From: an uncultured Verrucomicrobiae bacterium
GTDB lineage: Bacteria > Verrucomicrobiota > Verrucomicrobiia > Chthoniobacterales > JAFAMB01
Length of the DNA: 64,000 nt
Reading direction: 5' to 3'
Assembly (NCBI GenBank): GCA_963837955.1
Contig: CAWIPH010000002.1
Location: 3,616,001-3,680,000 of the forward strand
The position numbers and the translations under genes are program-made. This document shows, in pieces, positions 29,660-39,808 of this stretch (positions are counted from its first letter, which is position 1; each line of letters begins with the position of its first letter). The notes below the pieces were generated by a model. That model was not told the origin of the DNA and made no database searches. It saw only the letters and a list, made by a program, of their open reading frames with translations.

Positions 29660-32600
29660 CTAGTCCGCTTCAAGTAAATTGGAAATCTCTTCCAGGGTAA
29701 GCCCGGTCATCAACGGCTCTTCGCTCTCGACGGTCGCATCGATGATTTCGCGCTTTTTGTTTTGCAAGGCCAAGATCTTCTCTTCGACGGAGTCTCGGGC
29801 AATGAGCTTGTAGGAAGTGACCACCCGTTCTTGTCCGATCCGATGCGCGCGATCGGTGGCTTGATCTTCGACGGCCGGATTCCACCAAGGATCGAAATGA
29901 AATACGGTGTCGGCGGCCGCCAAATTCAAGCCGACCCCGCCTGCCTTCAAACTAATCAAGAAAACGGGGATGTCCGACCGGTTTTGGAATTGGTCCACCA
30001 CTGCGGCCCGATCTTTCGTTGATCCATCAAGATAGCAATACGGAATATCTAAACTATCGAGCTCCGGCCGGATCAACTTCAGCATGGTGACAAACTGGCT
30101 AAAGATTAGTACCCGATGGCCTCCGTCGATCGCTTCCTCCAGCAGCTCCAATAAAAGATCGAGCTTAGCGGACCGAGCCTCGGACTCGCGACCAAGCAAG
30201 CGTACATCACAGCATGCTTGCCTGAGTCGCAACAGCGTGGTCAGCATGGTCATTCGGGCTTGATTACTACCCTTCTCTTTCGCCAAGAGATCCAGCTTCC
30301 TCCGGCCTTCTGCCTGCAGCTTCGCGTAGAGCTCCCTTTGTTCGTCGGAAAGATCGCAAAAAGCGGTCTGTTCCAATTTTGCCGGAAGATCCTGAAGCAC
30401 ATCTCTCTTCAGCCGGCGAAGCATGACCGGTCGTAGGCGCTTGGCCAGTCGTTGCCGCTCCGGTTCTGACCCGCGATTGATGGGGAGTTCGTAACGTTCC
30501 CGGAACTCTTCCCGTGAACCCAGATACCCGGGCAGCACGAAATTCATAATCGACCAAAGATCGCGCACGGAATTTTCCACCGGAGTTCCGGTGAGAACAA
30601 ATCGCTGTTCGCCTCGCAAGGCCGTAGCGGCCTGTGCGTTCTGAGTGTTTGGATTTTTGATGTGAGTGGCCTCATCCAAAATAATCGCGCCAAAATGAAA
30701 AGGCCGATAGAAATCAATGTCTCGCCGCAGGAGCGGATAGCTGGTCACCACCAAATCGTGTTGCGGAATCAAAGGAAAGCGCGAGCTGCGGTCGGATCCG
30801 TCAATCGAAAGCACTTTCAACTCGGGAACAAATCGCTCGACTTCCCGTCGCCAGTTGAAAAGGAGTGAGGCCGGACAGACAACCAGCGATGGAGTCGCCG
30901 CAGTGCGCAAATAGGCCAAAATCTGCAAGGTTTTTCCGAGCCCCATTTCGTCGGCCAAGATTCCTCCGAGCTGGTTCTCGCGAAGGAAATGTAGCCAATA
31001 AACTCCTTCCTTCTGATAGGGGCGTAAGATCGCGTCCAAGCTTCCCAGAGATACCGGCGTTAGCGGTTTCAGCTGTTTCTGCGCCGCCGTCCAATCTTGC
31101 CAACCATGATCGCCAACAACCCGGGCGCCGGCTTCACTGGCGGCAGCGTCAAGAAATCCTGCTTGACTGCGGGGAATGCGGTATCGCCCCGGCTGCGTTT
31201 GATGCGGATCGCAATCCCGAAGCACAGCTTCAATTTCCGCGATGTCGTCGGGGTTAAAAACAGCCGATGTGCCGTCGCGCAATTTAGTCGAGTTCTGGCC
31301 GGACTGGAGCAGGCGTTGAATCTCCGCATTCGAAAAACGATCCCCGCGGGTCGATTCCAACGAGTATGAGAGTTCAAACCAATCTACTCCGGAAGCCAGG
31401 ATCTCGAACCGAGGGGAGATGTGTTCGACGCCGCGGGTCACGTTCGCGAACTGACTCCCAATTGAGACCTTCCAACTTTTCTGCAAATGCGGCAGTACTC
31501 GTGCGAAAAAACCCAGGATCGCATTTTGTCCTTTTAACGTAAAATCACCGGTCGGAGCGGGACCTTGAAATCCGGCCAGGCGAATTTCGTCTAAGCATCG
31601 TTTCTCAAATTGCGGATTGCGGGACGCCCTGCCTTCTACCGACTCGTAAACGAAGTTCTCCGATGAGGCGGACGCGCCCATCGTGATCATCCGTTTGCCA
31701 TACAAGAATTGCAGTTTCGCCTTCAGAAAGTTGAGTGAGCCTTCAAACGTCGCGAACACCTCGGGCACGCCCGGTCTGATCGGCGCAGGAGCAGCGATCG
31801 AGTCAACCGCGAAGAACGACTTCAAGGCCGACAATTCGTGGGCTAGGAAATTGTCGCCCTGTTCCGGAGACAAAGTGATCGCCTCACGCAATATCTGTAA
31901 ATACGATGCTGGGAGTCCCGGCGAAATGGGTCGAAATTTTTTCCCGATCCAACCCCAAGCGGAAAGCGGCCCGCTCAGCACTGAGACGTCCGGTCCCAAA
32001 AATGCGCTGATTTTCCGACGACGGTCCGGCAACTCTTGAACCAGGAGCTTTGGTATGATCGGTTCGCTTTCGACCGCGATCGGATCTTGTTTTCCAAGCG
32101 TGATTCGCGGATGCGCAGTAAGCCACTCGAGGCATCGACAAAACTGTTCCTGGCTGAGCATCATCATCCCTGGCAGGGCGCCGTCATTAAACTCGCGTAG
32201 CCGGTCCAAGATTCTCTGATCTTCGACGGAACAAGAATACGTTTTGGTTCGATCCAGCGCACTGGCTAGTAATCGTCTGCCAGCACTCTCTATCTCACAG
32301 CCAAGCACGATTTGATTGCGCTCCCAGCCAGAGAGGAACGTAGGAGGTATGACAAAAAATGCGGTGATAACGGGATGCTCTTCGCCAACAACCAGGCGAG
32401 GACCCCGTGGCGTGATTGGCACCGGCGCCAAAGGTTTGGCTGTCAAAGATTCGCGCGGTCGCAGGTAAGCCAGTCCGATCGCTAAGGAGTGCGGACAGAT
32501 TTTTCCCCACTCTTGCGATTCCCGGCAGGAACACAGATTTTCAATATCAGTCCTGGTTCGAATCTTTAGGCCAGCCCGATATTCTGTCGCTCCCTCGCGC

Positions 32601-32737
32601 ACCAGTCCTTTGAGGATTGGGGGCGTATAGTTAAAGCTTACTACTCGGCCCATCTCAACCAGCGCTCGGGCGTGTTTCATCGCTTGCCATCCGCCCGCGT
32701 CCATGAGGAACCGCTCGTTAAATTCAACCGCCGACAT
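29660..32737 (-). CDS. SNF2/SWI2 family helicase with N-terminal SWIM zinc finger
   Basis: CSC..CPH SWIM; LADEMGLGKT, DEAT, LTGTPVEN, SLKAGGVGLNL, QATDRAHRIGQ. Confidence 0.93.
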   Translation of the reverse strand: MSAVEFNERFLMDAGGWQAMKHARALVEMGRVVSFNYTPPILKGLVREGATEYRAGLKIRTRTDIENLCSCRESQEWGKICPHSLAIGLAYLRPRESLTAKPLAPVPITPRGPRLVVGEEHPVITAFFVIPPTFLSGWERNQIVLGCEIESAGRRLLASALDRTKTYSCSVEDQRILDRLREFNDGALPGMMMLSQEQFCRCLEWLTAHPRITLGKQDPIAVESEPIIPKLLVQELPDRRRKISAFLGPDVSVLSGPLSAWGWIGKKFRPISPGLPASYLQILREAITLSPEQGDNFLAHELSALKSFFAVDSIAAPAPIRPGVPEVFATFEGSLNFLKAKLQFLYGKRMITMGASASSENFVYESVEGRASRNPQFEKRCLDEIRLAGFQGPAPTGDFTLKGQNAILGFFARVLPHLQKSWKVSIGSQFANVTRGVEHISPRFEILASGVDWFELSYSLESTRGDRFSNAEIQRLLQSGQNSTKLRDGTSAVFNPDDIAEIEAVLRDCDPHQTQPGRYRIPRSQAGFLDAAASEAGARVVGDHGWQDWTAAQKQLKPLTPVSLGSLDAILRPYQKEGVYWLHFLRENQLGGILADEMGLGKTLQILAYLRTAATPSLVVCPASLLFNWRREVERFVPELKVLSIDGSDRSSRFPLIPQHDLVVTSYPLLRRDIDFYRPFHFGAIILDEATHIKNPNTQNAQAATALRGEQRFVLTGTPVENSVRDLWSIMNFVLPGYLGSREEFRERYELPINRGSEPERQRLAKRLRPVMLRRLKRDVLQDLPAKLEQTAFCDLSDEQRELYAKLQAEGRRKLDLLAKEKGSNQARMTMLTTLLRLRQACCDVRLLGRESEARSAKLDLLLELLEEAIDGGHRVLIFSQFVTMLKLIRPELDSLDIPYCYLDGSTKDRAAVVDQFQNRSDIPVFLISLKAGGVGLNLAAADTVFHFDPWWNPAVEDQATDRAHRIGQERVVTSYKLIARDSVEEKILALQNKKREIIDATVESEEPLMTGLTLEEISNLLEAD

Positions 32738-32909
32738 AGGGAGCGTAAAGAACAACAAACGTATCCGGACCGCAAGATCTGGCGCAGCAACGACAAATAA
32801 GCCGAGGGTCTTTCGATTTCCACCCAGCGGGTCGCGGTTGGAAAGAGAATATTAACTAAAACCCGAAATTACCACGGAACCGCCCCAATCGTCCAAAATC
32901 GCCCATAAA

Positions 32910-33118
32910 GGTAGGGCGAAAACCTCGGCGCCGGAAATGCTGCCATGCCTGTTTATGTCGATCGCGCCGGGTTTGAGCCGTGCGCGGAAACGATAGGTAT
33001 TACGCCTTCCCCTAGCGTTCATCAAAAGGGGCTAGGATCGGCAGAAAGAAGATTTCTGGCGATCCACGAAACGGCTCAAGCCGATCCCGCGGAGACGGTA
33101 TCAGGCTTTCGCCCTACC
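32910..33118. repeat. GTAG REP-like composite repeat
   Basis: ggtagggcgaaa ... tttcgccctacc with inner ttgagccg/cggctcaa; related to 58072-58149 and 62952-63135. Confidence 0.7.
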
Positions 33119-33245
33119 AAGAATGGGTGATGGCGCTCGAAAATCGGCAAGCCTCAGTTGAGATCTTCGAACTCACTGGGGAGCTGCAGTTTACCGCAAT
33201 TTTCTCCTTTGCTTGTCGATCCCTGCAAACGAAACTAGGGCACGG

Positions 33246-34058
33246 ATGAAGTTATTCGCGATCGCCAATCAGAAAGGGGGTGTCGGCAAAACCACGACCG
33301 CCGTCAATTTGTCGACCTGCCTTGCGGAAAAGGGTAAGCGCGTCCTGCTCATCGATCTCGATCCCCAGGCGAACGCGACAAGCGCGATCGGATACGATGA
33401 CGGCGAAGGAAATAGTTTGTATCGAGCGCTCATTGGACATGCGCGCCCAGAAGATAAGATAAAACCGACCCGCATCACCGGTTTGTCCATTATTCCCGGA
33501 GATCTGGATCTGGCCGGCGCCGAGATTGAAGTTGCCCGTTTTGACGATCATCTGACCCGCCTCCGGGACGTGATGAAGACGATTCCAGCTTCTGCACCTT
33601 TTGACTACGCGTTTTTGGATTGCCCGCCATCGCTCGGTATCCTCATGACCAACGCGTTAGCCGCCGCCGATGAGCTGATTATCCCGCTGCAGTGTGAATA
33701 TTTGGCGCTGGAGGGTCTTTCCAAGATTATCCAGCTGATCGAGCAGATTCGCATAGTGAATACGGGTCTCACCATTCAAGGGATTTTGATGACGATGTTT
33801 GATGCTCGCACCAATCTCAGCCAACAGGTCGTTGACGAGGTTCGGCGACATTTTGAGAACGTCATTTTTCGTACGATCATCCCGCGCTCTGTGCGATTAG
33901 GAGAAGCACCCAGCTTTGGCAAACCGATTATCGAATACGAACCCCACGGGATCGGAGCGACGGCCTATCGCGCGCTCGCTGAAGAGTTTTTGCGCAGAGA
34001 TTTGCATCCGGGCCTGGCAGCCAATGGTGCCGGGAACAAGTCGGACCAGCGCTTTTGA
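33246..34058 (+). CDS. parA: ParA/Soj family ATPase
   Basis: NQKGGVGKTTTAVN, DLDPQAN, DCPPSLG, PRSVRLGEAPSFG. Confidence 0.93.
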   Translation: MKLFAIANQKGGVGKTTTAVNLSTCLAEKGKRVLLIDLDPQANATSAIGYDDGEGNSLYRALIGHARPEDKIKPTRITGLSIIPGDLDLAGAEIEVARFDDHLTRLRDVMKTIPASAPFDYAFLDCPPSLGILMTNALAAADELIIPLQCEYLALEGLSKIIQLIEQIRIVNTGLTIQGILMTMFDARTNLSQQVVDEVRRHFENVIFRTIIPRSVRLGEAPSFGKPIIEYEPHGIGATAYRALAEEFLRRDLHPGLAANGAGNKSDQRF

Positions 34059-34139
34059 GTGATCGAATCCTGGCCTATCGGGTATATTTTGATTGCCCTA
34101 CCGATTAAGTCGGGTATACTCCGGCCAAAGGAGGCGCGT

Positions 34140-34646
34140 ATGAAAATCAGTTCCCCAACGCTTAGCACCTTTAATGAGGAGCATCGCCCCGCCGGATTTC
34201 GTTTAACCGTTGCGGGTCTTGTCAGTCGCACCCAGCAGTTTTCAGTTCGAGGTCTTCAGGATTATTTCTCTGAAAGGGTATTTGCCGCACCGGGATCGCG
34301 CGCCACTTCTTTAGCTTCATCCAGTCCGGACTCCTGGACCGGATGTACGCTCAATGAGCTGCTCGACTTTGTCGGGGTATCGCCTCAAGCCAAGCACGTC
34401 GAATTTGTCGGGCTCACCCGAGATCAAGACTCGGCAAGTCTGAGCGTCAAGTCCGTTTCGATCCCGATCGAAGAGCTTGAGAATACCGAGATTGGCTTGG
34501 TGTGGGAAAACGCCGGACAACCAGTTGCTGCGGATAGCGGTGGACCATTACTCGTTCTATTGCCGAGCGAAGGCGGTTTTGAAACGGTTGCGGGACTGTC
34601 GCGTATCAATTTGATCATCGTTCCCGCCGTTCGCGTAGACCCGTGA
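34140..34646 (+). CDS. Sulfite oxidase-like molybdopterin-binding domain protein, degenerate
   Basis: FRLTVAGLV, WTGCTLNELL, SIPIEE, GQPV..SGGPLLVLLP pattern; conserved Moco residues appear absent. Confidence 0.6.
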   Translation: MKISSPTLSTFNEEHRPAGFRLTVAGLVSRTQQFSVRGLQDYFSERVFAAPGSRATSLASSSPDSWTGCTLNELLDFVGVSPQAKHVEFVGLTRDQDSASLSVKSVSIPIEELENTEIGLVWENAGQPVAADSGGPLLVLLPSEGGFETVAGLSRINLIIVPAVRVDP

Positions 34647-34693
34647 TTCTTTGCGCTGGCGTACACGCGCCGTTATCACAACTGATCGCGAAC

Positions 34694-35204
34694 CGGACTG
34701 GTAGGGCAAAACGGTCTGGCGGCCGCGCATGGGCTCCAACATAAGAGGAAGGACTATGCACCGAGAGGAGTCGTCCTGGAGGGACTAAATGAAAGTAGCC
34801 CAGTACGAAGTGCTGGGTTCGCGTTCAAAAAAAACGACCCGTCCCGGACGGGACGATCGACCACCGCTTGCGCTCGTAAAATCGCATTGGAGACCAATAA
34901 CTGAACGTTTCGATCGTCCCTATCGGGACGGAATCGCCTTTTATGCCATTACCCAGCAATAAATTGCTGGGCTACTTTCATCGCGTCCCTGCGGGACGGA
35001 CGTCCCTTTTTGCATTATTCCCCAGCACTTCGTACTGGGCTTCTACTTTCATTCAGTCCCTTCCTCCTTCGCGCCGAAGCTCGAAGAGCGAAGGCGGTCT
35101 CCGGGCTACGGCGGACAAGCCGGGACAAGTCTTCTGCGCATGCTTCTAAGCCTTAGGTTGACGCGGATTCGCGGCCGCCAGACCGTTTTGCCCTACCCAG
35201 TCCG
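34694..35204. repeat. Nested composite repeat: 28-bp perfect GTAG inverted repeat enclosing a family A palindrome and a mini-element
   Basis: 34700-34727 is the exact reverse complement of 35170-35197. Confidence 0.9.
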
Positions 35205-35257
35205 AGCGTTGGCGATCACCCGATTGCAAATTGGGTTCTCTGCCATAATCTAAGCCG

Positions 35258-36418
35258 GTGATTTCGTTTCGCGGGATTCTTTCCGGGCTATTGTTGGCAC
35301 TCTCACAGATTTATTTTGCCACCGGAGCCGAACTGCGGGGCGCTTGGGTCGCCTCGGTCTACAATCTTAATTTTCCTTCGCATACGGGCCTTTCTGTCAC
35401 TGAGCAAAAAGAACAGATTCGGCGATTGGTTGATGTGGCCGCTAATGCTGGATTGAACGCTCTGATGGTCCAAGTGCGTCCGGAAGGAGACGCGCTTTAT
35501 GAATCCAGTCTCGAACCGTGGAGCCGCTTCCTGACCGGGACGCAAGGCGCCGCTCCTGGTTACGATCCCCTGACAACCTTCCTAGAAGAAGGAAGACGTC
35601 ACAACCTTGCGATCCACGCGTGGATCAATCCATACCGCGCAGTGGCAACCGCGAGCAATGCGTGTGCGAGCACACACGAAGTTTACCAGAACAAAGGCGC
35701 AGTTCGCCGGGTAGGCTCTTCACTCTGGATGGATCCCGGTGATGTGGCCGTTCGGCAACACGTGATCCATGTTATCAAAGATTTGGTAAGCCGTTACTCG
35801 GTCGCGGGTGTGATTTTAGATGATTATTTCTATCCCTATCCAGGCCGAGGCTTTCCGCGTGGCACGTTTCCGGATGGAACAACTTACGCACGATATCGGG
35901 CCGAGGGAGGCAAACTGGCGATTGACGATTGGCGCCGGCACAATGTCGATCTGCTAATCGAAGGTCTACACGTGGCCGTCAAAGAAACCCGGCCACAAGC
36001 ACTCTTTGGAGTCAGCCCTTTCGGAATTTACACGATCGGAGCGCCGCCGACCGTGCACGTGGAGTTGGATCAATACCGGGATTTATATGCGGATCCAGTG
36101 AAATGGATGAAAGAAGGCTGGGTTGATTATCTCTCTCCCCAACTTTATTGGCGAGACGCCAGTCCCCAAAGCTATTCGGCACTCCTGCAGTGGTGGCGCA
36201 GTAGCGAAGCCAATCCCCACGGTGTCCCGATTTTTCCAAGCATCGCTCTGGAACGGCTTGGCGCTGGCTACGGTTGGCCGGCTAGCGAGATCGCCCACCA
36301 GCTTAGCCTGGAGCGCTCGATCAAACCGCGACCGGAAGGAGGATTTATCCTGTGGAATATCGGACCTCTCTCCGCGAATCGAAAAGGTGTTGCGAAGGTG
36401 ATCGCGGAGGCGCGGTAG
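35258..36418 (+). CDS. Glycoside hydrolase-like family 10 (GHL10/DUF187, YddW/DigH-like)
   Basis: ELRGAWVASV, QVRPEGDALY, HAWINPYR, DDYFYPY, FGVSPFGI, DYLSPQLYW; signal peptide. Confidence 0.9.
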   Translation: MISFRGILSGLLLALSQIYFATGAELRGAWVASVYNLNFPSHTGLSVTEQKEQIRRLVDVAANAGLNALMVQVRPEGDALYESSLEPWSRFLTGTQGAAPGYDPLTTFLEEGRRHNLAIHAWINPYRAVATASNACASTHEVYQNKGAVRRVGSSLWMDPGDVAVRQHVIHVIKDLVSRYSVAGVILDDYFYPYPGRGFPRGTFPDGTTYARYRAEGGKLAIDDWRRHNVDLLIEGLHVAVKETRPQALFGVSPFGIYTIGAPPTVHVELDQYRDLYADPVKWMKEGWVDYLSPQLYWRDASPQSYSALLQWWRSSEANPHGVPIFPSIALERLGAGYGWPASEIAHQLSLERSIKPRPEGGFILWNIGPLSANRKGVAKVIAEAR

Positions 36419-36530
36419 TATCAGACTGCCGAAGGCCCGTTGAGAGATCAGTCTCGAAGGGGCCCAACGAAAGTAGAAGCCCAATACTTCAGTGCTGGCA
36501 CATGGGCAGCACGAAGGACCCCCGAATCAC

Positions 36531-37448
36531 TCACGAGCCAGTGTCCACTTTGTCCATCCCTGAATCTGTCGGAAAGATCGTGCGGTAAGCTGCGGCGAGA
36601 CTTGCTGCCTCTTCCCTCGAGAGCCGGGTTAATGGAGGTCGCACATTCGACCATCGGCTTTCCTCCTTGCAGTGGGCAAGGAGAGCTTTGACCGCTGGCG
36701 TCACCGGATATTTCAGTATCTCTGTGACAAGCTCGGAAATCCGGAGATCTTCTTCTCCGCGCCCAATTAATTTCAGAAGAACCGCGGGGCAAATATTGGC
36801 AAGCCCGGAGATAGCGCCCTTCGCTCCAAGGCGTACGCCGGCACCAAGATGACGTTCGTCTCCGATAAGAATCATGAGATCGCGATGATTAGCCAAGAGT
36901 TTCTCGGTAAAGGCCCAATCGCCGCCGGAATCTTTGACACCCACCACAAGTTCAGGAAAGGCAGTCTTTAGTCGACCGATGAGATCGATCGAGAGCGGCA
37001 CTTGGGTTACTGACGGGATATGATAGAGGATTACCCCGAGTGCTCGATGCGCAATCTTTTCAAAAACTCGGGCAAACCATTGATAGAGCCCGTCATCTTT
37101 CACTCCCTTGAAGTAGAAGGGTGGCGCCAGCAGGATTCTTCGGCAACCGGTATCGTTCAGAATGCGCGTTTGCTCCACGGCGTCGCCAATCGACGCCGAC
37201 GAGACACCGCCTACTATCTGGAGGCTCGGATCGATTCCAGCGGACAAAAGCGCGCCGAGAATCTGCCCACGCTCGGTGAGACTGACCGAGGCTCCTTCGC
37301 CGGTGGTGCCGAAAATTGTTAGGCTGGAACAGCCAGCATCCAAGCACCAGCGCGCATGGGCAAGGAGCCGACTATAGTCGATGGTCAAGTCATTATCTAT
37401 CGGCAAAGCCAAAGCACACGAGAGACCAAATTGATCGCCGGGATTCAT
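36531..37448 (-). CDS. Dihydrodipicolinate synthase family (class I aldolase/lyase)
   Basis: FGTTGEG, YHIPSVT, Schiff-base Lys in VKDSGGD. Confidence 0.88.
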   Translation of the reverse strand: MNPGDQFGLSCALALPIDNDLTIDYSRLLAHARWCLDAGCSSLTIFGTTGEGASVSLTERGQILGALLSAGIDPSLQIVGGVSSASIGDAVEQTRILNDTGCRRILLAPPFYFKGVKDDGLYQWFARVFEKIAHRALGVILYHIPSVTQVPLSIDLIGRLKTAFPELVVGVKDSGGDWAFTEKLLANHRDLMILIGDERHLGAGVRLGAKGAISGLANICPAVLLKLIGRGEEDLRISELVTEILKYPVTPAVKALLAHCKEESRWSNVRPPLTRLSREEAASLAAAYRTIFPTDSGMDKVDTGS

Positions 37449-37473
37449 TGCTATTTTCGTTCTTGGCGTCTGG

Positions 37474-38418
37474 TTAAGTGAGCGGATTTTTCGGAGAAAG
37501 ACCGGTCAGCACCCTGACAATCTCCTCGATCGCGCTTCGGCGAAGCTGCAGGTTTGCTTCCTCCGAGTACCAAGCCACATGGGGGCTCAGCACGATATTT
37601 TCCAACGCCAAATATTCCGACGGAACGTTGGGCTCCTCCTCAAATACATCGATCCCGGCTCCGCAGATTTGGCCGGTTCGAAGCGCCCTGATTAGAGCAG
37701 CGCTATCAACCAGACCACCGCGGCTGACATTGACTAAGATGGGTTTCCGTTTCATCTGCGCGATTGTGCTGTCGTTGATTAGGTGATGGTTTTCCTTGGA
37801 GAGCGGCAAGTGCAGGCTGATAATGTCGCAGATTTCGTAGATCTGTTGCGGAGTTGTAAAACCAACACCTATCGCGGCAAATTGTTCTTCGCTTAGAAAG
37901 GGATCGAACGCGACAACTTCACGGACAAACGGCTGAATGCGTTTGGCGAAGGCTGTTCCGATTCTTCCGAGACCTAGAACCCCAACGCGGAGGGTACTCA
38001 GACGGGGGATTTGCCACGGAAGCACGTAACCCCATTCTCCCTTCCTCACCTTGAGGTCATACGAGAGGATGCGGCGGTGTACCGCAAAACAGAGCGCGAT
38101 TGCGTGATTGGCTACTTCTTCGGTTCCGTAATCTGGTACGTTACAGACGAGAATGCCGCGCTTCTTGCAGCTATCGATGTCGATGATGTCGTAGCCTACG
38201 CCGAGACGCACAATCACTTTGCAATTGTCGAGCCTTGCCACAACGCTTGCGCCGACCGGAACATTCGTCGTCAATAATGCGTCGGCACTTTTAGCGACCC
38301 TGATAACGTCATCCTCATTCTTTACCAGACAGGGAACCAACTGAATGTTTGTGCCAGCAAGCACATCGTTTTCGACAGAGAGATCGGGGTATTGCGGATC
38401 CAAATAGAAAATTTTCAT
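37474..38418 (-). CDS. D-2-hydroxyacid dehydrogenase (CtBP-like)
   Basis: GVGYD, NVPDYGTEEVA, GLGRIG, NVSRG, DVFEEEP, SPHVAWYSE. Confidence 0.9.
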   Translation of the reverse strand: MKIFYLDPQYPDLSVENDVLAGTNIQLVPCLVKNEDDVIRVAKSADALLTTNVPVGASVVARLDNCKVIVRLGVGYDIIDIDSCKKRGILVCNVPDYGTEEVANHAIALCFAVHRRILSYDLKVRKGEWGYVLPWQIPRLSTLRVGVLGLGRIGTAFAKRIQPFVREVVAFDPFLSEEQFAAIGVGFTTPQQIYEICDIISLHLPLSKENHHLINDSTIAQMKRKPILVNVSRGGLVDSAALIRALRTGQICGAGIDVFEEEPNVPSEYLALENIVLSPHVAWYSEEANLQLRRSAIEEIVRVLTGLSPKNPLT

Positions 38419-38732
38419 GGATTGCTCCAGATGATTTTCAACGCGCATTTGCATCGGCCGGTGCGTTGATCCCGTTGGTAACCGAGCCGATGGTTTAATT
38501 CGAAACGCACTTTAGCTAACTCTGGAGCGGTTTCTTTCACAAAGCGCGGCTGCGACACAGTCTGGAGAAAGAATGATGTCTTTTTCAGATTTCCCATAAC
38601 GCGTTGCCCCAAGGACCGCTACCGTTCCCCGTTTCCTAACTCCTTGCGAGGCTATTCTAAGACGCACCTTTGGTGTTTTTGTTGGCTCGCAGCTTGCAGA
38701 TTCAGGTACGCACACAGAGAGTTCGGGCATTC

Positions 38733-39716
38733 ATGGATTATCTTTCTTTGGGCAAAACCGGTTTAAAGGTTTCCCGCATCTGCCTAGGCTGCATGAGCTA
38801 TGGCTCCTCTAAGCGCCGAGAATGGATATTGGACGAAGAGCAGTCACTCCCGTTCTTCAAGCAGGCGATCCAAGCAGGAATTAATTTTTTCGACACCGCC
38901 GATATGTATAGCGACGGATTGAGCGAAGAGGTAACCGGACGCGCGCTGAAAAAGCTCGGGTTGCGCCGGGAAGAGACGGTCATCGCCACGAAGGTATACT
39001 ACCCGATCGGAGATACGCCAAACGAGCGCGGCACTTCAAAGAAGCATATTCGTCATGCTATCGACGCAAGCTTGCAGCGTCTGGGCGTCGACTACGTCGA
39101 TTTGTACCAAATTCATCGCTACGATCGGACGACCCCCATCGAAGAGACGCTGGAGGCTCTGACCGAAGTCGTAAACCAAGGGAAAGCGCTCTACATCGGC
39201 GCTTCCAGTATGTACGCATGGGAATTCGCCAAATTTCTTTGGGTCGCGGAGACGCACGGCTATGCGCGCTTCGTGACGATGCAGAATCATTATAATCTGG
39301 TCTATCGAGAAGAGGAACGCGAAATGATTCCGCTTTGTCGCGCGGAAGGGATCGGGATCATTCCCTGGAGCCCGTTAGCCAGAGGGTTTTTGGCCGGAAA
39401 TCGCAATCGACAAGAAAAAGGCGAAACCACCCGCGCTAGATCTGATAAGTTTGCCCACGGTCTTTATTACCAAGATTCCGATTTTGCTATCGTTGATCGG
39501 GTTACGCAACTTGCTCAGAAACGAGGCGTATCCAACGCGCAGATCGCACTTGCCTGGATGTTGCACAAGCCAGGTATCACTGCTCCTATCGTCGGCGCTA
39601 CCAAACCGCATCATCTTGACGATGCTGTGGAAGCGCTTGAGGTAAAATTGGACAGTGACGAAATCAGCGCGTTGGAAGAACCGTACCAGCCACATCCGGT
39701 CTTAGGAATCGATTGA
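38733..39716 (+). CDS. Aldo/keto reductase (YajO-like), copy 1
   Basis: LGCMSYG, FDTADMY, IATK, DLYQIHR, MQNHYNL, PWSPLARG. Confidence 0.93.
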   Translation: MDYLSLGKTGLKVSRICLGCMSYGSSKRREWILDEEQSLPFFKQAIQAGINFFDTADMYSDGLSEEVTGRALKKLGLRREETVIATKVYYPIGDTPNERGTSKKHIRHAIDASLQRLGVDYVDLYQIHRYDRTTPIEETLEALTEVVNQGKALYIGASSMYAWEFAKFLWVAETHGYARFVTMQNHYNLVYREEEREMIPLCRAEGIGIIPWSPLARGFLAGNRNRQEKGETTRARSDKFAHGLYYQDSDFAIVDRVTQLAQKRGVSNAQIALAWMLHKPGITAPIVGATKPHHLDDAVEALEVKLDSDEISALEEPYQPHPVLGID

Positions 39717-39808
39717 CGGTTAGCCGTCTGCCGGTAGCAGTTAAGCGGTCGCGGGTTCATCGCAAGAACAATGCAGATTCATCCGCGTACCAAGACATTT
39801 CAAACGTC

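Noticed and set aside
29660..34058. SNF2 helicase and ParA as a defence or plasmid module
   Set aside because: Both look like common chromosomal types; no nuclease, methylase, parB or rep gene is adjacent.
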